Below, piece after piece: positions 27,718 to 37,082 of a stretch of DNA of 42,914 nucleotides (its first letter is position 1; each line of letters begins with the position of its first letter). This DNA comes from an uncultured Muribaculaceae bacterium (lineage in GTDB: Bacteria > Bacillota_I > Bacilli_A > RF39 > UBA660). The notes beneath the pieces are model-generated. The model worked only from the letters and a program-made list of their open reading frames with translations. It was not told the DNA's origin and did not search any database. The stretch covers positions 1 to 42,914 of the forward strand of contig CAZFGE010000001.1 of NCBI GenBank assembly GCA_964518415.1, given 5' to 3'. The position numbers were made by a program, and so were the translations under genes.

Positions 27718-30528
27718 TTGAGGAAAAAAATTAGTTTATTATTATTTATAATTCCTTTATTGGTTATTCCTTTTGTGAAGGTTGGAGCTGATAATAAATC
27801 GGGATATAAATATATAACTTCGGTTGAACGTACAAATTATAGAATTGATGTTTCCCAATATGGAATAAATAATGCAGCATTGCATAGAGGTAATTTTTAT
27901 AAAATAGAACTTGATGGAATGGTTGCTTTATGTTTAAAAGCTAACCATCCTATAATTCAAGGACATAAGTATGTATTTGACCATAAAATAAATACCAGTT
28001 CATTTGGTGGTAAGCTTTTAGTTAAGGCATTTGTATATGCATCTTCTAATAAATGTTCAAGTAATGAATGTACAATTGCCCGTGCTGCTGCTCAAATAGT
28101 TGCATGGAAGTATGACTGGGGATTTACATCATATCAACTAGTATCTGATTCGGATTATATTACAGGATATGCAATTGATTATTCTGAACGTATTTTGGGA
28201 GACCCTGCCCTATATAAAGCACTTTCTGCAGGATTAAAAAATTTCCCACATAAAAGTAGAACTATTGATGAAGAAGCATATAAACAATTCGTAAATATAC
28301 TTAATACTGAAATACCTGAAGGTGTTGAATTTGGTGTTTGGAGAGATGCTGAAAACTCTAATAACCAAGATGTTATTTCTTATGCATTAACTGAAGAAAC
28401 AAAACCAGTTGTAAATGAAACTTGTAAGTCAAAAATTTACAATAGATTATCAAGTTGTTATGGTAGTTATGGTACATTTGGTTATGCTTACGAAACTACT
28501 GAGGGTAATTGTTTAGATGGATATGATAAGAAAAAAAATAATGTCTATTCACGATTAGGTAAAAAAGAGGTAGATGTTGGCTCATATTGTAGAATGTATT
28601 GTAATAAACGTTTTTATGAAACATTACCAGGCAATATTGGAACTGCTGTCAATGTTGGAAGATATATTGTATGGCCAAATAATAATATTAATAATAATAG
28701 ATATAAAGTAAATGCTAATTTAGCTGAATATCCAATGGCACTTGCAATTGAAAAAGAATGTTATTTATCAGTTGATGCAAAAGTACTTGGAACTGATTAT
28801 ACAACAACTCTTAATAGTTATAATAATTATATAAATAGTATCAGAGGAATTTATAATACTTATGTTAAAGATAGTCGTACGTGCAAAACATATCAAAATA
28901 CTTATAACGAAAAAAAGAAAGAAGCTGATGATTATTGCAAAAATGTTGGTCCTGAGTATAAACCAAAAGAAACATGTGGAGAACCTTATTGGCATTGTAC
29001 TGAGTCTAATCCTAAAACAAAAGAATGCATACATGGCTCAACTTTTGCAGACTGTGAAGAAACTCAAGGACATAAAGATTGGGCAGCAAAAAATGAACAT
29101 TGTAATACTCTTCGAGGATATGAAAATGATGCTAAATCAACATTAGATAAATGTAATAATATACAAAACTATGTTGATGCTGTTGCAAATATTGTAAATG
29201 ATTTTAATAGTTGTATTAATTATAAAGCATCATTTAATATGAATTTTACTGCTCCTGGAGCTAGTGCATCATATAATGATGATGAATATGGTATGACAAT
29301 GATGTTAAAAGAGTCTAAAAAAGTTATAACATGTGATGGTTGTACATCTGGTATTGGTGGTATTAGTGTTAATAAAAATAATGTTGAGAAGAATTTAATA
29401 AGTAACAAAACAATACCAAATAAAATAACTGCAATAAATAATAGACAAATAATTGGAACAACACTTAAGTATTATGATTTAACTGATGGACATTATTATT
29501 TTGTTAATAAAGATACTAATAAATCAGTTAATTCAAATAGTGGACTTAAAAATTATTCTATAATTGGATTTACAAATATGCCTATTTCTTATAGTGCAAA
29601 TCCTAAAAAGAATTATGATTTGAGTATAACTATTCCAACTCTTACTGGTATGGCTAGTGATTTTGCTTCACTTGCAGCATCTAATAATTATGTATGTCAT
29701 TATAAGGTTACTAAAACAACACCTGGCACATGTGTATGTCCAGAAGGTACAAAACATGCAGGTGAGTCATTAGACTGTTTATCAAAAAATAATGATGGAA
29801 CATGTCTTGATAATCAAGAAGAATACTGTAATAGTGATGTTAATATACCACATGATTGTACTAATACCGATTTAACTTGTCCAAATGATCCAACTATGGA
29901 TTTATCAAGTTGTGTTAATGCCGGTAAGACATATAATTGGTGCGTAAATAATTTCTGTAGTGGTAATAAAAAATGGGTTTGTCCAGCTGGTACTAATGAA
30001 GGTATGGACTTAACAAGTTGTGTTATACCAATGATTATTAAAGGTTATAGTGAAAAAGATGCATATGAATATTGCAAAGATGTAACATGCCCTTACAAAG
30101 GAATAAAGATTATATATCGTGTTATCGATTTAACAAATCCATTCCCAAGTAAGGATGCAGATAGTATTGTTACTCAAAGAGATTTAAGAACTGGTATGTT
30201 TAATGATACTTTAAAAGGTAGATATCCTGGTTCTAACTGGAATAGTACTAAGGTTGTTAAGAGTAGAATCTTAAATAACAGAAATGTAGATGGTGATAAA
30301 GTATATGACAAAAAGCCATTATACGAGTTTACGCTTAATACTGAACGTATAAAAGCAATTAGAAATTATAATAGAAGTCAAAAAGATAGCTATGCTGATT
30401 TTAAACTTGATTGTTTAAGTGATAACTCAGCATGTATTAGTAGTTTTGTTCATAGTGAATTATCAGGATTAACTGGTGGAACATGTAGAAATATTACAAA
30501 GAATAGTTTCTATTCATGTCAAAATTAA
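27718..30528 (+). CDS. Large secreted Cys-rich protein (936 aa, unknown function; adhesin or tip-protein candidate)
   Basis: TTG start 6 nt after AGGAGGTG. Signal peptide. More than 40 Cys, including a thrice-repeated CPxGTxxGxDLxSC-like motif (CPEGTKHAGESLDC, CPNDPTMDLSSC, CPAGTNEGMDLTSC). Confidence 0.55.
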   Translation: MRKKISLLLFIIPLLVIPFVKVGADNKSGYKYITSVERTNYRIDVSQYGINNAALHRGNFYKIELDGMVALCLKANHPIIQGHKYVFDHKINTSSFGGKLLVKAFVYASSNKCSSNECTIARAAAQIVAWKYDWGFTSYQLVSDSDYITGYAIDYSERILGDPALYKALSAGLKNFPHKSRTIDEEAYKQFVNILNTEIPEGVEFGVWRDAENSNNQDVISYALTEETKPVVNETCKSKIYNRLSSCYGSYGTFGYAYETTEGNCLDGYDKKKNNVYSRLGKKEVDVGSYCRMYCNKRFYETLPGNIGTAVNVGRYIVWPNNNINNNRYKVNANLAEYPMALAIEKECYLSVDAKVLGTDYTTTLNSYNNYINSIRGIYNTYVKDSRTCKTYQNTYNEKKKEADDYCKNVGPEYKPKETCGEPYWHCTESNPKTKECIHGSTFADCEETQGHKDWAAKNEHCNTLRGYENDAKSTLDKCNNIQNYVDAVANIVNDFNSCINYKASFNMNFTAPGASASYNDDEYGMTMMLKESKKVITCDGCTSGIGGISVNKNNVEKNLISNKTIPNKITAINNRQIIGTTLKYYDLTDGHYYFVNKDTNKSVNSNSGLKNYSIIGFTNMPISYSANPKKNYDLSITIPTLTGMASDFASLAASNNYVCHYKVTKTTPGTCVCPEGTKHAGESLDCLSKNNDGTCLDNQEEYCNSDVNIPHDCTNTDLTCPNDPTMDLSSCVNAGKTYNWCVNNFCSGNKKWVCPAGTNEGMDLTSCVIPMIIKGYSEKDAYEYCKDVTCPYKGIKIIYRVIDLTNPFPSKDADSIVTQRDLRTGMFNDTLKGRYPGSNWNSTKVVKSRILNNRNVDGDKVYDKKPLYEFTLNTERIKAIRNYNRSQKDSYADFKLDCLSDNSACISSFVHSELSGLTGGTCRNITKNSFYSCQN

Positions 30529-30537
30529 GGAGGTAGT

Positions 30538-30939
30538 ATGAAAGAGTCATTTTGGAGTGTATTAATAGTAATGCTTGGAGTATTATCTATTGCATTTATT
30601 TACTTTTTTCAAACTATAACATCAACTGATGAACAAAACTATACTATCTTAAAAGAAGTAACAGAAGCCGCTATGTGGGATTCTGTTGACTGGGCTGAAT
30701 ATAGAGCAACAGGAAACACAAGAATACATAGAGAAAAGTTTGTTGAAAACTTTCAAAGAAGATTTGCTGAAAGCGTTTCTTTAGGAAATGTTTATAATAT
30801 AAAAATTTACGATGTAAGTGAATATCCACCTAAAGTAAGCTTGAAGGTTTCATCGAAATTAAAATCAAATGTGACCGATGAAATGGTTGAGTTCGATATT
30901 GTAAATAAAATTGATGCAATATTAGAAACTCCATATTAA
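30538..30939 (+). CDS. Small N-terminally anchored protein (pseudopilin-like architecture, unknown family)
   Basis: 133 aa: MKES followed by a single TM helix and a globular domain of about 100 aa. RBS GGAGG. Confidence 0.4.
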   Translation: MKESFWSVLIVMLGVLSIAFIYFFQTITSTDEQNYTILKEVTEAAMWDSVDWAEYRATGNTRIHREKFVENFQRRFAESVSLGNVYNIKIYDVSEYPPKVSLKVSSKLKSNVTDEMVEFDIVNKIDAILETPY

Positions 30940-30959
30940 AGAAAGGAAAGGGAGAAAAA

Positions 30960-31814
30960 ATGAATAATTTCGTAATAGCAATTAGAAGATTTTTCCAAAA
31001 CAAAAATACAGTAACAGTTATAGGAGTAATTCTTATATTAGTTGTATTATTTGTTGGATACAAAATTCAAATCAACAAAGCAGTAGAACCAGTATCAGGT
31101 ATACCAGTTGCTACTCAAACAATTCAACCAAGAACATTGATTGAAAATGATATGGTATCAACTATTCAAGTTGCACCTATCGTATTATCTGATAATGTAA
31201 TCAGATCAAAAGCCGCAGTAGTTGGAAAATATACAGCTGTAAATACAGTAGTTCCAGAAGGAAGTATGTTTTATAAAAATACAGTTGTAACAAAAGATGA
31301 ACTTCCAGATGCTGCATTTGTAGATATCGAAAAAGGACAAATACCATATAACTTCCCAGTTACTATGGCATCAACTTATGGTAACTCAATTTATCCAGGA
31401 AATTACATTGATATTTATATGAAATCAATGAATGAAAATGGAGAGTTAATGGTTGGTAGATTAATCGAAAATGTTAAAGTATTAGCAGTTAAAGATTCTC
31501 AAGGAAAGAATGTATTTGAAAATTCTGAAGAAACAAGAGTTCCTGCATATATAATCTTTGGATTAGATTATGAATTAAATATTTTACTTAGAAAAGCAAG
31601 TTACATGGATGAATTCCAAGTAGAATTATTCCCAGTGCCACATGGTACACAAGTTAAAACTGGCGATGGTGAGACTATCGTAAGTAGTCAAACATTAAAA
31701 GATTTCATAAATGCTAATACAGTACCTAACGATGAAATAACTGCTCAACAAGAAACTGATGCAGCAAAAGAAACTGTAACAGATACTACTAAAAACACTA
31801 AAAAAGAAAGCTAG
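30960..31814 (+). CDS. CpaB/RcpC-like Flp pilus assembly protein
   Basis: N-terminal TM. SAF-like segment (IQPRTLIENDMV...VVGKYTAVNTVVPEGSMF). PGNYIDIY and ENVKVLAV segments typical of CpaB. Immediately upstream of the secretion ATPase. Confidence 0.55.
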   Translation: MNNFVIAIRRFFQNKNTVTVIGVILILVVLFVGYKIQINKAVEPVSGIPVATQTIQPRTLIENDMVSTIQVAPIVLSDNVIRSKAAVVGKYTAVNTVVPEGSMFYKNTVVTKDELPDAAFVDIEKGQIPYNFPVTMASTYGNSIYPGNYIDIYMKSMNENGELMVGRLIENVKVLAVKDSQGKNVFENSEETRVPAYIIFGLDYELNILLRKASYMDEFQVELFPVPHGTQVKTGDGETIVSSQTLKDFINANTVPNDEITAQQETDAAKETVTDTTKNTKKES

Positions 31815-31820
31815 GTCTAA

Positions 31821-32963
31821 ATGGAAGACAGTATGTTTTCCCAAATTGATTTTGGGGATTTACAACAATACTTAGACAATGACGATATAACAGATATTTC
31901 ATATGATAATGGTGGACAAATTCACTTAAAAACATTATCAAGAGGTATTTTTAGGATAGAAAATCCTAACATAAATAATGCATTTATGGAAAAATTAGCG
32001 TTCCAATGCTCAAACGTAATGGGTAAGACATTTAATATGGCTCATCCATTCCTTGATGCAGAAGGTTCTGAACTTCGTTTAAACTTTGTTCATGAATCTA
32101 TTGCTAAAAATGGTATAGCTTGTGTTATTCGTAAAACACCAGCTAAAATCAGACTAGAAAAAGAAAAATTACTAAAAGAAAAATATATTGATTTAGATAT
32201 ACATGATTTTTTAATACAATGTGTACAAGGACATTGTAATATAATTGCTTGTGGTGAAACTGGTTCTGGTAAAACTGAGTTTATTAAATACTTAGCTTCT
32301 AAAACTAAACCAGATGAAAAGTTAATAACTATAGAGGATACTTTAGAGTTACACTTAGATAAAATATTCCCACATAGAGATATTGTTACAATGAAGACTA
32401 ATAACATAGCATCTTATTCAGATGTACTTGTTACTTGTATGAGACAGAATCCAAAGTGGATTTTGTTATCAGAGGTACGTAGTGCTGAGGCAGTAATGGC
32501 GGTAAGAAACTCTATTTCATCAGGTCACTATATCTTATCAACAATACATGCTGATAGAGCATCTTCTATACCTAACCGTATGTACAGTTTGCTTGAATCA
32601 AATCAAGATATGGATCAATATATGAAATCAGTTTATAGATATATACAAATTGGTGTATATATTAGAGGTTATCAAGATAAAGCTACTAAACGATTTGTTC
32701 GTGAGATAGCTGAAGTAACAGAATTTTATGTTACAGAAGATAACGAACCAAAATACAATGAAATTTATAAAAAGACAACAAGTGGTCATGTTGTTAGACA
32801 TAAACCTTCAAAATATTTAATTGACTATCTTGATAGACAAGGTGTTACATTAGATGAAAACCTTATTAAAGAAGGTGAAAGTGGAACACCACTTACTAAT
32901 AATGTAAGTAGTCAACCTAGTGTTGAACAAACTCAAGAAGTCATTGAAACAATTGGTGAATAA
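31821..32963 (+). CDS. Type II/IV secretion ATPase, CpaF/TadA/VirB11 family
   Basis: Walker A GETGSGKT (32253-32276), Asp box ITIEDTLEL, Walker B-like KWILLSEVR, His box STIHAD, 380 aa. Confidence 0.8.
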   Translation: MEDSMFSQIDFGDLQQYLDNDDITDISYDNGGQIHLKTLSRGIFRIENPNINNAFMEKLAFQCSNVMGKTFNMAHPFLDAEGSELRLNFVHESIAKNGIACVIRKTPAKIRLEKEKLLKEKYIDLDIHDFLIQCVQGHCNIIACGETGSGKTEFIKYLASKTKPDEKLITIEDTLELHLDKIFPHRDIVTMKTNNIASYSDVLVTCMRQNPKWILLSEVRSAEAVMAVRNSISSGHYILSTIHADRASSIPNRMYSLLESNQDMDQYMKSVYRYIQIGVYIRGYQDKATKRFVREIAEVTEFYVTEDNEPKYNEIYKKTTSGHVVRHKPSKYLIDYLDRQGVTLDENLIKEGESGTPLTNNVSSQPSVEQTQEVIETIGE

Positions 32964-32975
32964 GGAGGATAAAAT

Positions 32976-33884
32976 ATGATTTCAGTAATTACATTTTTAA
33001 TCATAGCTTTTATACTTGTCTTTGTAATGGCCTATAGATATAATTCAGGAGATAATTTTTATAAATATATATCAAAACAATCTAACTTTTTATATGATAA
33101 GTTTGCTCCTTATTCATTTAAAGAAATTAGAAAAAAAGTTAAGGATTTAGGACAAGAATATACTAAGAAACAATACATGATTCAAATATCTGTATTCTCT
33201 ATAGCAGCTGCTATTATATCTTACCTATATTTTTATAACTTATTAATTTCATTAATTTATATTATTGCAGCAAACGCTGTAATTCCAGTACTTACATATT
33301 ATAGATGTAAACGTATTTATTCAGAATTCATTTTTGAACAAATACAAGTTTATACGACAAATGTTATTATGGAATTCGCAACTACTCAATCATTTGTTAA
33401 AGCACTTGAAGGTGTATATGATTCAGGTGTCTTAGAAGATCCTGTTAAAAGTGATGTTAAAACAATGATTGATATGTCATATGAAAATGGTACAATTGAT
33501 GCTGCTGTTGAATTTATGAATGAAAAATATGATTATTATATTGTAAGAAATATGCATCAATTATTCATTCAAATTACAAATGAAGGTTCTAAAAACTCAA
33601 GTGATGCATTAGAAAACATGTCACTTGATATCGATATGCTTGTTGAAAATGTATATCGTGATAGAATGGACAGAGCTCAATTCCATAAGAAATTTTTACA
33701 ATTTGGTATAGTTTTATATTTAATGGTAATGTTAGTACAATTCTTACTTGGAACAGAATCTTATATTAAATTACTTGATACTAATTTCTTAGTTCAAGTA
33801 CTATTACATTTAATAATTATAATTAACTCTTATTTCTTACTTAACGGTGAGAAATACTATAATGAGAATGTGGGGGCTGAATAA
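32976..33884 (+). CDS. TadB-like platform protein (T2SS-F domain family)
   Basis: 302 aa with TadB-like topology: N-terminal TM, a TM pair near aa 65-110, a cytoplasmic helical domain of about 120 aa, and two C-terminal TMs. Follows the ATPase. Confidence 0.5.
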   Translation: MISVITFLIIAFILVFVMAYRYNSGDNFYKYISKQSNFLYDKFAPYSFKEIRKKVKDLGQEYTKKQYMIQISVFSIAAAIISYLYFYNLLISLIYIIAANAVIPVLTYYRCKRIYSEFIFEQIQVYTTNVIMEFATTQSFVKALEGVYDSGVLEDPVKSDVKTMIDMSYENGTIDAAVEFMNEKYDYYIVRNMHQLFIQITNEGSKNSSDALENMSLDIDMLVENVYRDRMDRAQFHKKFLQFGIVLYLMVMLVQFLLGTESYIKLLDTNFLVQVLLHLIIIINSYFLLNGEKYYNENVGAE

Positions 33885-34669
33885 TGGAATTTTTAATTAT
33901 TGGCGTTATATTATTTTTCATTCTTACATATAGTAATAGAGTAAATTTAAGAAAATTTGTTGGAGATACAGAACCATACTTTAGAGCTTTAATGGAAGAT
34001 GATTATGAATTCTTACTTAAAGTTAAATATGGAAATGATATAGATGTAAATGAACTATTTGGACAAAGAGTTAGAAATGGTTTAGTTACAATTGTAGTAT
34101 TAATATTTATATTTGTAATGAATAAACCAAGCTTTATAAGTGTATTACTTGCATTTATATTGGGTTATTTGGTATTTAAAAGCCAATATTCATCTTTACA
34201 AAAATATTATAAAAATAACTTACATCATATAGATCAAATGCTTCCATATTATCTAAAGAGTTTGGAAATCTTAATTCAACACTATACTGTACCGGTTGCA
34301 CTTAGAAGAAGTATTTCAACTGCTCCTGATATATTTGTTCCAGGATTACAAAGATTAGTTGATAGAATTGAACAAGGTGATTCTTCAGTTGATCCATATA
34401 TGGATTTTGCTAAAGAATATCCGGTAAGAGATTCAATGCGTATGATGCGTTTGCTATATCGTTTAGGTTTAGGTTCACAAGAAAATAAACAAGAACAATT
34501 AGTAATGTTCTCACGTACTGTATCAACACTTCAAAATAAAGCTCGTGAACAAAAATATAAAGAACGTTTAGAGAAGATGGAAAACAAAACTATGCAAATG
34601 TTATTTGCAACAGGTGGAGGTATATTATTACTACTTCTATTCTCAATGTTACAAATGATGAATTTATAA
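33884..34669 (+). CDS. TadC-like platform protein (T2SS-F domain family)
   Basis: 261 aa with the same topology class as the preceding gene. Its start overlaps the previous stop (ATAATG). Confidence 0.5.
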   Translation: MEFLIIGVILFFILTYSNRVNLRKFVGDTEPYFRALMEDDYEFLLKVKYGNDIDVNELFGQRVRNGLVTIVVLIFIFVMNKPSFISVLLAFILGYLVFKSQYSSLQKYYKNNLHHIDQMLPYYLKSLEILIQHYTVPVALRRSISTAPDIFVPGLQRLVDRIEQGDSSVDPYMDFAKEYPVRDSMRMMRLLYRLGLGSQENKQEQLVMFSRTVSTLQNKAREQKYKERLEKMENKTMQMLFATGGGILLLLLFSMLQMMNL

Positions 34670-34670
34670 A

Positions 34671-34698
34671 TTAGAACATATAATGTTCTAATTTTTTT
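34671..34698 (+). terminator. Rho-independent terminator after the TadC-like gene
   Basis: Stem ttagaacat (34671-34679) / atgttctaa (34683-34691), then T7. Confidence 0.7.
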
Positions 34699-34836
34699 GT
34701 CTTCTTTTATTTTGTCGAATTGCTTAATTATATATTTTTTGATTTTAAAATTATTACAAGATGCTTTTGATAAATTAGAAGATAAAAAAAGTTAATAATA
34801 TAATTTGTCAATAATTGTAAAGAATATAAATTATAT

Positions 34837-34865
34837 TTGATAATTATTAAATATAGTGTTATACT
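34837..34865 (+). promoter_or_regulatory. Sigma-A-type promoter of the pilin-like gene set
   Basis: TTGATA (34837-34842), 17-nt spacer, TATACT (34860-34865). RBS GGGTGGTGA precedes ATG 34900. Confidence 0.55.
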
Positions 34866-34899
34866 ATTATTGTAAAAATATAATAAGGGTGGTGAGATA

Positions 34900-35085
34900 A
34901 TGAAAGAAGCATCTGGAGAAGCAAATATGACTGTAGTTACAATCATTTTAATAGGTATTATAGTTGCTGTAGCAACACCATTAATTACTAATATGATGAA
35001 AACTTCAAAAGAAAGATCATGTTGTTATAATAATGGTGGTACTTGGGTTAATGGTGACTGTGACGGAGCATCTAAAGAGTGCTAA
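34900..35085 (+). CDS. Flp-type pilin candidate (61 aa)
   Basis: Leader MKEASG, then a 25-aa hydrophobic helix, then a short tail with 4 Cys (SCCYNNGGTWVNGDCDGASKEC). Shares leader and RBS with the next two genes. Confidence 0.5.
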   Translation: MKEASGEANMTVVTIILIGIIVAVATPLITNMMKTSKERSCCYNNGGTWVNGDCDGASKEC

Positions 35086-35099
35086 TAATTGGTGATTAA

Positions 35100-35525
35100 A
35101 TGAAAGAAGCAATTGGTCATATACCATTATACAATTTTTTAATTGTATTTATTGTTATTACATTTGGCTTTTTATCTGCAACGCTTACTTACTATAAAGC
35201 TTTTAAAGTTAATAGTAAAATAGCTTATGCTTTAGAAGAGTTTGAGGGCTATAATAGTGAGTCTATTAAAGAGATAAATAGAGTATTAGGTACACTTGGA
35301 TATAGAAACGGAAGAGTTTCTAAATGTCCAAATAAGAAAATTGGACAAGCACTTAATGTTAAAGGAATTAATCATCAAGTGTGTATTTATGAATCAAAAC
35401 CTAAAAATGGATACTTTAATTATGGTATAGTAACCTATATTTATATGGATGTTCCTGTACTTGGAGGAACATTCAAAATACCTGTATATACAGAATCTGA
35501 AAGGATATTTAAATTTTCAAGTTAG
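35100..35525 (+). CDS. TadE/pseudopilin-like protein
   Basis: Leader MKEAIG followed by a hydrophobic helix. Globular domain with a Cys pair. Paralog of 35538-35981. Confidence 0.45.
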   Translation: MKEAIGHIPLYNFLIVFIVITFGFLSATLTYYKAFKVNSKIAYALEEFEGYNSESIKEINRVLGTLGYRNGRVSKCPNKKIGQALNVKGINHQVCIYESKPKNGYFNYGIVTYIYMDVPVLGGTFKIPVYTESERIFKFSS

Positions 35526-35537
35526 AGTGGTGATAAA

Positions 35538-35981
35538 GTGAGAGAGGCAATTGGTAATAGTTATGTGCTTAATTTTATCATCACTTTTATTATCCTTTTT
35601 ATGCTTATATTTGTTGGTATGTCAACATTTACAAAAGCATTTAAAGTAAAAAATAAAATTGTTGATACAATTGAAAATTATGATGGTAAGGTTGATAATA
35701 GTAATCGCTTAAATAGTGATATTCAAGCAGAAATAAATGAAAAGTTAGGTAGTATAGGTTATAAGATAGATAAAACTAGTGAATGTAAAACAGATGGTAG
35801 ATTTTCAAATGGAAAATTACTTTCCAAAGATAGTAACTATAGATATTGTGTTTACAAATTTACTACGTCAAAAGGTGACTATTATGGAGTTACTGCATAT
35901 GCATACTTAGAAATACCTTTAATAGGCGCTAAATTAGAATTCCCAGTATATGGTGAGACAAAAATATTCTATGATTTATAG
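35538..35981 (+). CDS. TadE/pseudopilin-like protein
   Basis: GTG start. Leader (M)REAIG followed by a hydrophobic helix. Collinear with the previous protein (LG.[IL]GY...C...C[IV]Y...Y[IL].[DI]P..G....[IF]PVY.E[ST]). Confidence 0.45.
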   Translation: MREAIGNSYVLNFIITFIILFMLIFVGMSTFTKAFKVKNKIVDTIENYDGKVDNSNRLNSDIQAEINEKLGSIGYKIDKTSECKTDGRFSNGKLLSKDSNYRYCVYKFTTSKGDYYGVTAYAYLEIPLIGAKLEFPVYGETKIFYDL

Positions 35982-35995
35982 AAAGGAAGATATAA

Positions 35996-37006
35996 ATGAA
36001 TGTAATTATTTCAAATAAACATCAATCAACTTTAGAAATGCTAGATATAGATATAATTAAATCTTTAAATGGTGAATTTGATGTTGATGATATTATTAGT
36101 CAATTTCAAAATTTCTTTTTTCAAAGAATGATTATTGATATAACTGCTTTAAAGAATTATAAAGATGTTAAAACACTTCAAAAATTGTCTATATCTTTAG
36201 ATATGGATAAAATAATTCTTTTACTTGATGATTCTGTAGATGATGGAACTGGTGAGTTTTTATCTAAACTTGTTTCAATGGGAATTTACAACTTTACACG
36301 AACTGTTGATGGCATAATGTATTTATATAACAATCCAAATAGTTATAGAGATGTTGCGCATATTCAACAACTTGATGTGGCAAGTTCAAATGAGTCAACT
36401 CCTGTAAGTACTACAGTAGTTGAGAATATTTATACTGGTACACGTGTTATTGGTATAAAAAATGTTACAAAGCAAACAGGAGCAACTACACTTTCATATA
36501 TGATGAAAAAACAATTAGAGAAACATTATAGTGTTGTAGCACTTGAAGTTAATAAAGATGAATTCAGATATTTTAGAGATAAAAATATGTATTCAGTTAA
36601 AGATGTTGAACTTGGTAATGCTATAGCAAAATATAATGATCGTGATGTTATTATTGTAGATGTTAATGATTCTGCTCAAGCTGAAAGTGTTTGTGATGAT
36701 ATAATTTATTTAGTTGAACCATCTATTATAAAACTTAATAAATTAATGAATGTTAACCCTAATGTATTTAAAAAGATTAAAGGTAAGAAGATAATTCTAA
36801 ATCAAAGTATTTTATCTCAAAAGGATGTACTTGATTTTGAATATGAATCTGGTGTTAAAATTTACTTTAATATGCCACCTTTAGATGAAAGAGAAAGAAG
36901 TATTCATATATTAAACAAATTTTTATATATGTTAGGTTTTTCTAAACAACAAAGTTTAGAAGAAGAAAATAAAAAATTTAGTATTTTAGGTTTATTTAAA
37001 AAGTAA
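35996..37006 (+). CDS. TadZ/CpaE-like protein (receiver-like N-domain plus MinD/ParA fold with degenerate P-loop)
   Basis: The C-terminal half reads VIGIKNVTKQTGATTLS where KGGxGKT[ST] is expected. VIIVDVND has a Walker-B-like position. Its location in a Tad-like cluster matches TadZ. Confidence 0.35.
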   Translation: MNVIISNKHQSTLEMLDIDIIKSLNGEFDVDDIISQFQNFFFQRMIIDITALKNYKDVKTLQKLSISLDMDKIILLLDDSVDDGTGEFLSKLVSMGIYNFTRTVDGIMYLYNNPNSYRDVAHIQQLDVASSNESTPVSTTVVENIYTGTRVIGIKNVTKQTGATTLSYMMKKQLEKHYSVVALEVNKDEFRYFRDKNMYSVKDVELGNAIAKYNDRDVIIVDVNDSAQAESVCDDIIYLVEPSIIKLNKLMNVNPNVFKKIKGKKIILNQSILSQKDVLDFEYESGVKIYFNMPPLDERERSIHILNKFLYMLGFSKQQSLEEENKKFSILGLFKK

Positions 37007-37011
37007 AAATG

Positions 37012-37040
37012 TTGACAAAAACCTTAAAATAATATAATAT
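37012..37040 (+). promoter_or_regulatory. Candidate promoter of the VirB2-like gene
   Basis: Perfect TTGACA (37012-37017). TATAAT at 37033-37038 has only a 15-nt spacer; TAATAT at 37035-37040 has 17 nt. Confidence 0.35.
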
Positions 37041-37082
37041 TGTAAATGAAGAGTGAAAACTCACATATAGGAGGTTTAGATT

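Noticed and set aside
28768-29408. Three short ORFs (28768-29034 minus, 28862-29146 plus in an alternative frame, 29220-29408 minus) inside the 936-aa gene.
   Set aside because: They are embedded in one long uninterrupted frame that has a signal peptide and RBS. The alternative frames are Lys/Ile-rich noise.
30830-31063. A 77-aa minus-strand ORF.
   Set aside because: It is antisense across the junction of the 133-aa and CpaB-like genes.
32090-32407. A 105-aa minus-strand ORF.
   Set aside because: It is antisense to the secretion ATPase, across its Walker A region.
31821-32963. The ATPase read as VirB11 of the T4SS-like module rather than TadA/CpaF.
   Set aside because: This is not excluded. 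However, the gene is sandwiched between a CpaB-like gene and two TadB/TadC-topology genes and is followed by Flp/TadE-like pilin genes, so a Tad-type role fits better. Phylogenetic placement is needed.
34728-34946. A 72-aa minus-strand ORF in the pilin promoter region.
   Set aside because: It covers an AT-rich intergenic region and the start of the pilin gene. It has no RBS and an Ile/Leu/Tyr-rich composition.
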